Origin: a virus
Strand: one strand, 5' to 3'
IMG/VR virus record: IMGVR_UViG_3300032235_000792
Length of the DNA stretch: 64,000 nt
A program made the position numbers and the translations under genes. Position 1 is the first letter of the stretch. Each line of letters opens with the position of its first letter. Positions 6,421 through 15,082 of this stretch are shown piece by piece. The notes under the pieces were generated by a model. That model was given only the letters and a program-made list of their open reading frames with translations, did not search any database and was not told where the DNA came from.

Positions 6421-6690
6421 CTACTCTTCGCTGTCATCTTGAAACCTCTCGGCTAATACAAATCTTCTGTTGCATATCACATTGTTCCCTTCGTCCCAAA
6501 ACGTCAACACCACACCATAAACTTCCTGAGGGTTACTAAACTCGAAATTACCTAACCTATTGATCGTCAACCTAGGCTTTCTTTCCCATGTCACTATATA
6601 ACTCGTGGGCTCTAACAAACCTAGACCCTTCAATACATCGAGTGTATCTATGAGCGTCATAAAATCATTTAACCCTATATAACTTCGCAT
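6421..6690 (-). CDS. hypothetical protein, motif family (TLDVLKGLGLL); likely start 6660
   Basis: ORF track; MTLIDT start directly follows the stop of 6665..6793. Confidence 0.7.
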   Translation of the reverse strand: MRSYIGLNDFMTLIDTLDVLKGLGLLEPTSYIVTWERKPRLTINRLGNFEFSNPQEVYGVVLTFWDEGNNVICNRRFVLAERFQDDSEE

Positions 6691-6793
6691 ACCAGCGCAA
6701 TTCTCCCATCCATTCTATAAACTCATTGAACGATGTTGCTCTATCTATGAGATCTAACCGTCTCAACATGATGAACACGTCTCTAACTGTCAT
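6665..6793 (-). CDS. micro-ORF, 42 aa, motif family (VFIMLRRLDLI)
   Basis: Hand translation; GAGG upstream. Confidence 0.55.
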   Translation of the reverse strand: MTVRDVFIMLRRLDLIDRATSFNEFIEWMGELRWYAKLYRVK

Positions 6794-6822
6794 AACCTCG
6801 TGCCAATCGTCTGCTTGCTGAT

Positions 6823-6975
6823 TCACGGCTCTACATCCTTAACCACACCGATGCACCCGACGCTACCCGCGCCATCCGGTAGCTTGTTTATCTCGTACAT
6901 ATCTTCTGTCGAAAATATCCATATCATATCCAACTGGTCGATATCGTTAAATATTCGCCCCAATATCAACCACAT
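6823..6975 (-). CDS. micro-ORF, 50 aa hypothetical
   Basis: Hand translation MWLILGRIFND...; GAGG upstream. Confidence 0.5.
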   Translation of the reverse strand: MWLILGRIFNDIDQLDMIWIFSTEDMYEINKLPDGAGSVGCIGVVKDVEP

Positions 6976-6988
6976 TATCTTTCTGGCC

Positions 6989-7261
6989 TCAAAATCTTTC
7001 ATATATAGTTATTATATAGCCAATCTGCCCCAAGTCATCTCGAGTTACGCGCAGACCAGAAAGGCCGATTAAATTGAGCGAATTAAGGATCTTCAGGATC
7101 GGGCATAACGCCTCGAGATCACGGCCAGCAAATACGCGCGCACTATGATGTAGTTGTGACTTATTTGTCACGTGATTTCCGATCAAGGTAGATGACGACC
7201 CACGGTGCGGCCAGTGTTGCGACAAGTTGTGCGCCAGCGAGCATAACTCGCAGTAGTTCAT
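6989..7261 (-). CDS. hypothetical protein, motif family (ILKILNSLNLI)
   Basis: ORF track; ATGA overlap with the upstream micro-ORF. Confidence 0.55.
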   Translation of the reverse strand: MNYCELCSLAHNLSQHWPHRGSSSTLIGNHVTNKSQLHHSARVFAGRDLEALCPILKILNSLNLIGLSGLRVTRDDLGQIGYIITIYERF

Positions 7262-7368
7262 AAGTGGTCATTTAAGACCCCCATCTTTATTAAGACAGTA
7301 ATGACGCGGTAGAGCTTGCGTTTATCTTCGAAAGGTAAGCTTAGGAACGCGTTTGAGCAACGAAACAT
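7258..7368 (-). CDS. micro-ORF, 36 aa, motif family (VITVLIKMGVL)
   Basis: Hand translation MFRCSNAFLSLPFEDKRKLYRVITVLIKMGVLNDHL. Confidence 0.55.
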   Translation of the reverse strand: MFRCSNAFLSLPFEDKRKLYRVITVLIKMGVLNDHL

Positions 7369-7393
7369 GTTCGCTCTAGTTCTCAGAGCATGT

Positions 7394-7594
7394 CTAGTAG
7401 GTTTCACGACTGTCTCCGTTTATGATCGCTTGATAGATCTTCATTTGAAATGAATTGCACATAGTATAGTATTCTTTCGCTGTTATGACACGAAGCTTGT
7501 ATAGGGAGTACAACATTAGACCATGACGAGAGAATGTCTCGTGGATGGATTTAGCGTTATCAGAGCAGGTAAGTAAGTATTCTTGATAGTTCAT
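7394..7594 (-). CDS. hypothetical protein, motif family (MLYSLYKLRVI)
   Basis: 66-aa ORF. Confidence 0.65.
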   Translation of the reverse strand: MNYQEYLLTCSDNAKSIHETFSRHGLMLYSLYKLRVITAKEYYTMCNSFQMKIYQAIINGDSRETY

Positions 7595-7703
7595 ATAGTT
7601 CTTTTAAGTTATCAACAACTTATGCGGTAGGGGCCCCCTAACCGCTTCGCGGGACATTAAAAATGCTTGATAATATTATACTATGTTACAGTATAATAAA
7701 TGC

Positions 7704-8390
7704 ATGGACAACATAGTCAAGACATACTTAGAACAAATGGGTGCAATACCGATGCTTAGCGTGAAGGAAGAGGCGCGCATCGCTAAATTAGCATTTGAAG
7801 GTGATCAAGAAGCTAGGAAGATACTCATAGAGTCTAACTTGAGACTAGTTGTTTCTATCGCTAAGAAATACACCAGCTCAGGCATGGACTTACTAGACCT
7901 CATCCAGGAAGGTAACATCGGCTTGATGAAAGCAGTTGAAAAATTTGAGTATAAGCGCGGACATAAGTTCAGTACTTACGCTACATGGTGGATAAGGCAG
8001 GGAATAACAAGATCTATTGCAGATTCCGGTCGTACCATCAGACTGCCTGTTCATATGGTAGAAACAGTTGGCAAGATATTCCAGTCTATACGTGAAATAA
8101 TATACGACACCGGAAAAGAGCCAAGTGTTGCAGAGTTATCTAAGTATATGGGAATAACTGAAAAGAAATTAAGAGAAGCACTTGATGTAGCCAAGATACC
8201 AGTCTCGCTAGATATGAAGATATATGATGACTCGGCAAGCTTAATGGATAAAGTCCCTGATATAAAATTAGATTATCATTTAGATAGAGTCGATACGGCA
8301 GATCTCTCTAAGAATATAAAGATAATATTGAAGACTCTCACCCCAAGGCAAGAAAAAATACTGAGAATGAAGTTTGGGATTTCAGATTAA
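7704..8390 (+). CDS. RpoD-like sigma-70 factor lacking region 4.2
   Basis: Region 1.2, region 2 ([41 protein letters not shown]), RTIRLPVH and region 3 present; ends at LRMKFGISD; probable leaderless start 6 nt after TATAAT. Confidence 0.92.
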   Translation: MDNIVKTYLEQMGAIPMLSVKEEARIAKLAFEGDQEARKILIESNLRLVVSIAKKYTSSGMDLLDLIQEGNIGLMKAVEKFEYKRGHKFSTYATWWIRQGITRSIADSGRTIRLPVHMVETVGKIFQSIREIIYDTGKEPSVAELSKYMGITEKKLREALDVAKIPVSLDMKIYDDSASLMDKVPDIKLDYHLDRVDTADLSKNIKIILKTLTPRQEKILRMKFGISD

Positions 8391-8498
8391 CGATTTCTAA
8401 TATCTAACAGAACAGCTATCATCATATATAATCTCATTTGAATCATGTCTAGTTCTTCCTTGTTGTTCCAGAAAATCCTAGTTTTGTTCATCTTGCTC

Positions 8499-8699
8499 CT
8501 AGACATCCAGCAGTATCTCTTCTGCCAGTTTATCCAGTGCCCACTGGACACGTGTTGCAGTTCCAATTGACTTTCCAGTATTTAGAGTTAGTGTCAGGCA
8601 CTTGTCCATGAAAATACATTTGTGGCATTTTGGGACAGCATCCTTGTCTTTGAAACAATCGCCGTCTAATTCTATGATTCTTTCGTATATATCATCCAT
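8499..8699 (-). CDS. small Cys-rich hypothetical protein
   Basis: CxxC...C motif; probable leaderless start MDDIYE 7 nt after TATAAT. Confidence 0.7.
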   Translation of the reverse strand: MDDIYERIIELDGDCFKDKDAVPKCHKCIFMDKCLTLTLNTGKSIGTATRVQWALDKLAEEILLDV

Positions 8700-8765
8700 T
8701 GAATATATTATACGAATTATAAAAACGGGGGGCATTTCGTGGTAAAATATAGGCCTGGAGTTGAT

Positions 8766-9563
8766 ATGTCACCATTAGATAAGCCGAATAAACAGTACAC
8801 GAATAGCGCTAGGTCTTACTCGTCACCGATGCCAGACCTTATTCCAGATATAAGCATACGAGGAGAGTCTTGGGATCAACTTGTTCAAAATAGAGGAATC
8901 AGGTTCATTCATAGACTAGCAGCGCCATGTCCAAACATGAGAAGACTCAACGACAACAATCACGACCCAGAGTGTAGCTTCTGTGACGGTAGTCAAATTA
9001 TATACATACAAGAAAAAGAAATATTTGGAACGTTTACAAATAACTCGTTAGAGAAGCTGTTTGAGGTTCAGGGAGTATGGGAAATCGGCACTGCCGTAAT
9101 AAGTTTTCCGACCGAATATCCAGATACAGAACAAGCTGACTTTAATGTATTCGACAAACTTATATGCCCAGATTTTCAAATTAGATTAACTGATCTAAAA
9201 GAATACGAACCTAACTCTAGTAACATGATGTCGATGAAATATCCGATAATTAGAGTATCGGATATGACATCTGTGGTCAATGGGGCAATTAAGAAATACG
9301 TACAAGGTATTGATTTTACTATAGTAGATGGAAATATAAGATGGGAGCAAGGTCGTGCACCTTCATATGATAGCATAGAAGAAATTGGTGAAGTACTGTC
9401 AATAACATACTCCGCGAATCCTGTGTATAATGTACTACAGAATATGCATGAAATAAGAGCAACTCAGCAAATGGTTAACGGGCAGAAGGTGGCGAAAAGG
9501 CTACCACAGCATGTCTTAGTCAAGAGGGATTTCTTGTTTAAACCAGATTCTAAGGAGCTCTAG
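8766..9563 (+). CDS. putative neck/head-completion protein
   Basis: First gene of the structural cluster; CP..CSFCDG motif; GGAG SD before MSPLDK. Confidence 0.6.
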   Translation: MSPLDKPNKQYTNSARSYSSPMPDLIPDISIRGESWDQLVQNRGIRFIHRLAAPCPNMRRLNDNNHDPECSFCDGSQIIYIQEKEIFGTFTNNSLEKLFEVQGVWEIGTAVISFPTEYPDTEQADFNVFDKLICPDFQIRLTDLKEYEPNSSNMMSMKYPIIRVSDMTSVVNGAIKKYVQGIDFTIVDGNIRWEQGRAPSYDSIEEIGEVLSITYSANPVYNVLQNMHEIRATQQMVNGQKVAKRLPQHVLVKRDFLFKPDSKEL

Positions 9564-9612
9564 GCTTACATTTAAGATATAATATCTAAGCATTAGAGAT
9601 ATTTGGAGCAAT

Positions 9613-11127
9613 ATGCCGCAAGCAGCAAGTAAAAAACAATTTAGATTTATGCAGGCAGTCCTGCATGGATATAAAGGACATTCTAGAGGGGTTCCGCCTA
9701 AAAGTGTAGCGGCTAAGTACGTTTCTAATAAGAGTGCACCAGAAAGTAAGAACAATGATAAAGGTGGCACGTGGTCAGAGGATCACCATAAGTTGCATGG
9801 TGAAGGCAAAAAGAAGAAGAAAGAAAAGAAGAAGCTCAAAAAAGCATTTGAGCAGTACTATTCCGGCCGTGGTGTTGGCTTAGTAGTTACTGACGATGAC
9901 GGTCAAATTCTTGTAGGTAAAGGTCATGACGGAACCTGGCAAACTCCAGGCGGACACGTTGAGGCCGGAGAAGATTTCTCAGATGCAGCTAATCGTGAAT
10001 TAAAAGAAGAAGCTGGAATTAGCGCAGGACCGATGCGAGAGATAGGTCATGCTAAGCTAGACGGTAATGACGCTAAGATTTTTCATGTTGAGTCTTTTTC
10101 TGGAAAAGTTAAGGATTCTGAGGAACTTAAAGAACTACATTTCGCTCCACTCCATGATGTCTTAGATTTGGATCTAAGAAGCTGTTCTAGAGCTGGACTG
10201 GAGATGTACGTACAGTCTCATCTTAAAAAATCTACAAAATTAAGTGATTTAGTTATATTAGAAAAATTAAATAAGAATATATTAAGAGGCGCAGATCAGC
10301 GCACTGCTGTGTTAGACGTGAGTCACGGAGAAGCCCTCAGATTAGTTGGCAATGGCTGCTTTAGAATGTTGCAAAGCGCCACTAAAGATATGGGTGACGA
10401 GGATTTTAGAGAGATCAAGATCGACACATATACAATAAGCATACGAAAGCATCTTAACGATGTATATTCTGGGCGCATAAATGACGGACACAAAGTAATT
10501 CATCAATTCACAAACAAGTCGCTTCCTCAACTATGTGCAGATGTTATGTCTGTATTTGAATGGTACTCAGATGAAGACGACAAAGTATTTGATATTCTTG
10601 ACGAAGAAAAATTACCTGACGACGCTATTCACGGCGGACTACATCAGCTTTCTGAAAACTATAAAAAACATAATCTAGCTAATATATATACAGAGATGGA
10701 GAATATTAGAAAAGAGATTAGGAACGGCGTTGCCGTGGATATTCAGCAAGTAGAAAGCAAGATCATGTCTTTGTTTGACAAACTTGAGAATTCTGTTTTA
10801 ACAATAATCGATAAACATAATCAACTAAATCAAGATGCCGGTAAAGAAATCGAGATCATAGAAAGCAAACTATTAGAGCTTCAAGAAAAGATAGAAGAAC
10901 TTAATCGCAAGCCGTCAAGTGTTGATGTAGTGCAATCTAAGAAGATAGATCCTAAAAAGGTTTATGAAAGTCAATATATGTACTTACCTAAACCAAAAAT
11001 TCAATTAAGCTCAGACGGCAATATCTCCATATCTTTTGATAAAGAGTGGACAGACCTAGAAAAATCAAATTTCCTCTGTGACATGAAGGCGAGGATCTTG
11101 AAGAAGGGTCGAGATGATAGACGCTAG
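9613..11127 (+). CDS. multi-domain protein with Nudix hydrolase domain, probably virion-associated
   Basis: Nudix box GGHVEAGEDFSDAANRELKEEAGI; lies among neck genes. Confidence 0.8.
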   Translation: MPQAASKKQFRFMQAVLHGYKGHSRGVPPKSVAAKYVSNKSAPESKNNDKGGTWSEDHHKLHGEGKKKKKEKKKLKKAFEQYYSGRGVGLVVTDDDGQILVGKGHDGTWQTPGGHVEAGEDFSDAANRELKEEAGISAGPMREIGHAKLDGNDAKIFHVESFSGKVKDSEELKELHFAPLHDVLDLDLRSCSRAGLEMYVQSHLKKSTKLSDLVILEKLNKNILRGADQRTAVLDVSHGEALRLVGNGCFRMLQSATKDMGDEDFREIKIDTYTISIRKHLNDVYSGRINDGHKVIHQFTNKSLPQLCADVMSVFEWYSDEDDKVFDILDEEKLPDDAIHGGLHQLSENYKKHNLANIYTEMENIRKEIRNGVAVDIQQVESKIMSLFDKLENSVLTIIDKHNQLNQDAGKEIEIIESKLLELQEKIEELNRKPSSVDVVQSKKIDPKKVYESQYMYLPKPKIQLSSDGNISISFDKEWTDLEKSNFLCDMKARILKKGRDDRR

Positions 11128-11851
11128 ATTCGAGATAGACAAGCTAAAACAGGTCCTCAGACAAAAGAATATGCCTGAATCTATAATTCAAGAGATCTGT
11201 AACGATGCAGCTAGAGATATTAGTTCAGCTACAACAGACTTATTGGCTGATGCTATGATAGCAGCAGTTAATGCAGGTGGCGATGTTAGCTCATCACAAT
11301 TTGTTAGTGAAGTATTGTCAGTGAGATCTGGTCACACCTTTAATGTAGACACATCTTCTGGTAAGCAGAACTTCTCTGAACCGCCGTTTCCAATGTTGCC
11401 AAAACTTCTCAAGAATGCAAAAATCTCTAAAGACGGTGAAGCATACAGAGTAATTCCTATATCTAATAAATCAGGGCCATCAAGTGCTGTTACTACTGAA
11501 GCGGCTATTCGCAACATAAATCAAGCAAGGCAAGCAGCCAAAGATGAACGTGACGCCAAAGAGAAAGGTACGAAAACAGCGTCCACTCCGGATCCTATGG
11601 CAGGCATGGAAATTTTAGCGGCAATACAGGGTGCTGGTCGTCCTTCGCCGCAAAAAAGAGAAAGTAAAATAAAAGAAGGAAGTATAACCTTTAGAACTGC
11701 CTCTAGTAAGCAAGATGCTTCGGTTAGTTGGGTTATGCCAGCAAAGAACGCAGATTTAACAGAGAGACTTAGAGACATAAATAATAACTTACAAGACTCT
11801 ATTGATAGGGTTATTTTGGATATCGTCAATAGATATTCTGGGATGTATTAA
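11114..11851 (+). CDS. putative neck/tail-completion protein
   Basis: Synteny; TFRTASSK..SWVMP motif reminiscent of large-myovirus neck proteins. Confidence 0.5.
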   Translation: MIDARFEIDKLKQVLRQKNMPESIIQEICNDAARDISSATTDLLADAMIAAVNAGGDVSSSQFVSEVLSVRSGHTFNVDTSSGKQNFSEPPFPMLPKLLKNAKISKDGEAYRVIPISNKSGPSSAVTTEAAIRNINQARQAAKDERDAKEKGTKTASTPDPMAGMEILAAIQGAGRPSPQKRESKIKEGSITFRTASSKQDASVSWVMPAKNADLTERLRDINNNLQDSIDRVILDIVNRYSGMY

Positions 11852-12555
11852 TGGCTTTTGTTATGCCTGAGGTTGCTTTACAGCGACTAGTACAAATTGG
11901 ACTGTCCAACCTACGAACTAATCGTGCGGCGTTTAATTGTATCTTTGCGCAGTTCCTAACTCCAGAAATGAGCGGAGCTTATGGGCAGCAGCATATAGAT
12001 AAGATCTATAATTGGTTTATTGGCTCTAAACTACCGGTACTTCAAGCATGGTCTTTTGACCCAACTAGAGTGCCTGCATATAGCATACACTTGGCAGATG
12101 AAAGTGAAGATGAGAGCAAGGCTGCAATAAGTGATTACTTTGGAATGGGTGAGAACTCAGAGATATTAACTGGACCATCTACTGTATCTCTAGACATTGG
12201 TATTCATGCCGACAAGTCTAAGGATCATGTCCTGTGGATGTACTACATACTTGCTTACATTTTTTACAAAGAAAAGATGACTGGGCATGGATTAGGTCTG
12301 CAATTATATACATTTAGAGCTTCTGATTATAACAAAGAAAGCAAGTACATGGCAGACAATGTGTGGTCTAGATGGATTCGATTTAGATGTACAGTTCAAA
12401 ACTATCTGGATGGCGAAGAATACATGGATCAACCTGTTATAAATATTGATATCGATGCTAGTGCGATAGATAATTATGATGAAACAACTGATATATATAG
12501 TGAAACTCTAGGTGGACCAGATTCACCAGATATAAGGAGAAGCAATGGAACCTAG
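11851..12555 (+). CDS. putative tail terminator/completion protein
   Basis: Position upstream of sheath; size. Confidence 0.5.
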   Translation: MAFVMPEVALQRLVQIGLSNLRTNRAAFNCIFAQFLTPEMSGAYGQQHIDKIYNWFIGSKLPVLQAWSFDPTRVPAYSIHLADESEDESKAAISDYFGMGENSEILTGPSTVSLDIGIHADKSKDHVLWMYYILAYIFYKEKMTGHGLGLQLYTFRASDYNKESKYMADNVWSRWIRFRCTVQNYLDGEEYMDQPVINIDIDASAIDNYDETTDIYSETLGGPDSPDIRRSNGT

Positions 12556-12793
12556 TGAATTAGAGCTTAAACAAAAAATTAAAGAGATGGAGCAGCAAAA
12601 AAGAAAGGTAGAATCTCCGGCTAATGAGCTAGTTACCTTTGACACTTGGTTTCATAAGAGAAAAGACTCCATACCTAGTCGTCACATGAAGGAAATACTT
12701 TTTGCTGACTTTTCTGCTAGAGGACTGAAGGGGGCTGCAACAATGGAACAGTTCGATAAGGCTCTGGCCCTTTATGGGGTAAAACTTAAGTAA
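12545..12793 (+). CDS. small hypothetical protein preceding sheath
   Basis: 82-aa ORF, AGGAG SD. Confidence 0.7.
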   Translation: MEPSELELKQKIKEMEQQKRKVESPANELVTFDTWFHKRKDSIPSRHMKEILFADFSARGLKGAATMEQFDKALALYGVKLK

Positions 12794-12846
12794 ATATACA
12801 TGTTATAATATAATTAATGCAATGAAACTGATTAGGAGAGACTAAC

Positions 12847-15030
12847 ATGGCAATTAATGTATCATTCAACGGTTCTACGATCTATAAGCCAGGTGCTTAC
12901 TCTAGAACTACAATAGATCTTGGCGGTGGATTTCCACTTGGTCCTGCTGGTATAGTAGCCATTTTTGGTGAATCAACTAAAGGAAAGCCCGGTAGCGAAG
13001 AAATTATCGCAAATAATGTATTTAATGCTAATCAGATAGCACAAGTTCGTCAAAAGTACGGATCTGGTCCTATTGTTGATGCCATGAACTTCTTGTTTGC
13101 TCCAGCTTCTGATGGAGCTATTCCAAGCGGTGCTCAAGCTGTGTACATCTATAAAACAAATGATTCAACTAGAGCGTCAATTGCTTTAGCTAATTCATTC
13201 GGTACTGTTAGATCTCTAGAGCATGGTGTTGGTGGTAACACTATTACATTCTCTGCTTCTGAAGTTTCTGAGGTTGCACCGTCATTGTCATCTTCTTCTG
13301 CATTTGATGAAGCAGCAATCGCTGCTGGTTCATTCGATATTTTCGTAAACGGTGTTAAATCTACTGTTGCTGTTGCTGGCGGTTATGCTGATAAAGCAGC
13401 TCTAGTTGCGGATGCCGCTTCGTGGTCGGTAGATGATGTATCTTTTGTAGTTGGTGGCGCAGATGGTGCTTGTACTTTACAAGTTTCAATTGATGCTGAC
13501 GCACAAGCTGCTAGAAAGGGTTGGGGAAAATCAATTCAATTAGCAGATGGTTCTGGCGCTCCTCTTGCTGCAATGAACATGTCTGAAGATATGGAAGTTT
13601 CTTCTGTTGAATCAGCTATGACAGTTACAATTAAACAAACAAGAGATCTTCTTCAAGAACAAGACACTATCGGTGGTAACGTTGTTCTAGAAGTTGGTTA
13701 CAGCGGTGCTCAAGCTGCAGCAAGCATAGAAATCACAGATACGCAAGTCATATTGACTGCTGGTGCATCTATCTCTATCGACAAAAGCTCATACCCAACA
13801 CTTAGTCAATTAGTTAACGCTATCAACCTTAATCCAGGATGGAAAGCCGCTCTAACTAGTTCACTATATAATTCAATTTCGCCTAAGATGCTTGATCAAG
13901 TTGACGTAGGCGCTAAATCACCTGACGCAGAAACTAGCAAGCCAGCAAGAATCAAGAAAGATTCTGGTGAAGCTGCTCAGCTATTTGCAGAATCTGCTAT
14001 CGTTGATATTGCAGATCAATCTTCTGCTGGATTAATGGATGCAATGTCTGAAGCTGCTTTGACTGGTGGAACACTTGGATCAACAACATCTGCAGACATC
14101 GTAGATGCACTAGCTGCTCTTGAAGGTGTTCGAGTTAATGCAGTAGTTCCTCTATTCTCTAGAGATGCTATCGTTGATTCTGACACTGCTACGGGCGATG
14201 TTGCTGATAATCTTACTGATGTCGCTTCATCATATACAATATTAGGTATTCATCAAGCTGTTAAAACTCACTGCAGCTTAATGAGCACAACTAAAAATAG
14301 AAGCGAAAGACAGGGTTACCTTTCTTATAAGAACGACTTCGTCTCTTGTAGAGAAAGAGCGTCACTTCTTGCTGATGCAAGAATGCAGCTTGCAATTCAA
14401 GATATTCGCAATATCGATTCTCAAGGAAACATCAAGTGGTTTCAACCATGGGCTCAAGCTTGTATGCTTGCTGGTGCTCGTTCTGGTTCTCCAGTTGGTA
14501 CTCCACTAACATTCAAATTCTTCAACGCAGTTGGAATCAGACAAACTGAACAGTCTATGTCTACGTCAGAAGAAGATATCATTGCTGATTTTAATCCTAA
14601 TACAGATGCTGATATTGCTATTCAAAGCGGTATTTCGTTCTTCGAAGCTCCTCAGTTGGGTGGAATAAGATGTGTCCTAGATAATACAACTTATCAAAAA
14701 GATGGTAACTGGGTTTACAACAGAGGTAACGTACTTTACGCTGCTGACATTTTAGCGTTTGATTTCAGAAATCAAATGGAGAATCTATATGTTGGTAAGA
14801 AAAATACAGTTAAAGCGAGTGAAATTAAATCAACAGCTTCTACTATACTAGATACATATCTAGCGCAAGGTATTACTGTCTCTTCTAATGGCGCACCAAA
14901 TGGCTATAAAGATCTTATTGTAAGTGTTAACGGTAATGTTATCAATATTAGCGTTACTGTAGTTCTTGTTGAAGGTATTGACTTTGTATTAAGTGATATC
15001 ACAATTACAAGAGCACAATCACAAGCTTAA
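12847..15030 (+). CDS. contractile tail sheath protein
   Basis: N-terminal FNG..IYKPGAYS; AIFGES..GKP; sheath-type C-terminus; 727 aa; TGnTATAAT promoter at 12801. Confidence 0.9.
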   Translation: MAINVSFNGSTIYKPGAYSRTTIDLGGGFPLGPAGIVAIFGESTKGKPGSEEIIANNVFNANQIAQVRQKYGSGPIVDAMNFLFAPASDGAIPSGAQAVYIYKTNDSTRASIALANSFGTVRSLEHGVGGNTITFSASEVSEVAPSLSSSSAFDEAAIAAGSFDIFVNGVKSTVAVAGGYADKAALVADAASWSVDDVSFVVGGADGACTLQVSIDADAQAARKGWGKSIQLADGSGAPLAAMNMSEDMEVSSVESAMTVTIKQTRDLLQEQDTIGGNVVLEVGYSGAQAAASIEITDTQVILTAGASISIDKSSYPTLSQLVNAINLNPGWKAALTSSLYNSISPKMLDQVDVGAKSPDAETSKPARIKKDSGEAAQLFAESAIVDIADQSSAGLMDAMSEAALTGGTLGSTTSADIVDALAALEGVRVNAVVPLFSRDAIVDSDTATGDVADNLTDVASSYTILGIHQAVKTHCSLMSTTKNRSERQGYLSYKNDFVSCRERASLLADARMQLAIQDIRNIDSQGNIKWFQPWAQACMLAGARSGSPVGTPLTFKFFNAVGIRQTEQSMSTSEEDIIADFNPNTDADIAIQSGISFFEAPQLGGIRCVLDNTTYQKDGNWVYNRGNVLYAADILAFDFRNQMENLYVGKKNTVKASEIKSTASTILDTYLAQGITVSSNGAPNGYKDLIVSVNGNVINISVTVVLVEGIDFVLSDITITRAQSQA

Positions 15031-15040
15031 TAGTATAATA

Positions 15041-15066
15041 AAAAGGTCGACGTACGTCGACCTTTT
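15041..15066. promoter_or_regulatory. perfect 26-bp palindrome (terminator, 5' hairpin or operator)
   Basis: AAAAGGTCGACGTACGTCGACCTTTT between TATAAT (15034) and the SD of the next gene. Confidence 0.7.
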
Positions 15067-15082
15067 AACACTAAGAGGATCA

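Noticed and set aside
1410-7072. Plus-strand ORFs in the early region, and alternate-frame 4397..4648
   Set aside because: They overlap minus-strand genes that have SDs, promoters and terminators; similarity of 1809..2018 to 5586..5792 merely mirrors the paralogues.
14993-15082. Upstream GTG start for the K/E-rich protein
   Set aside because: Overlaps the sheath stop, a -10 box and the palindrome; ATG 15083 has a proper SD.
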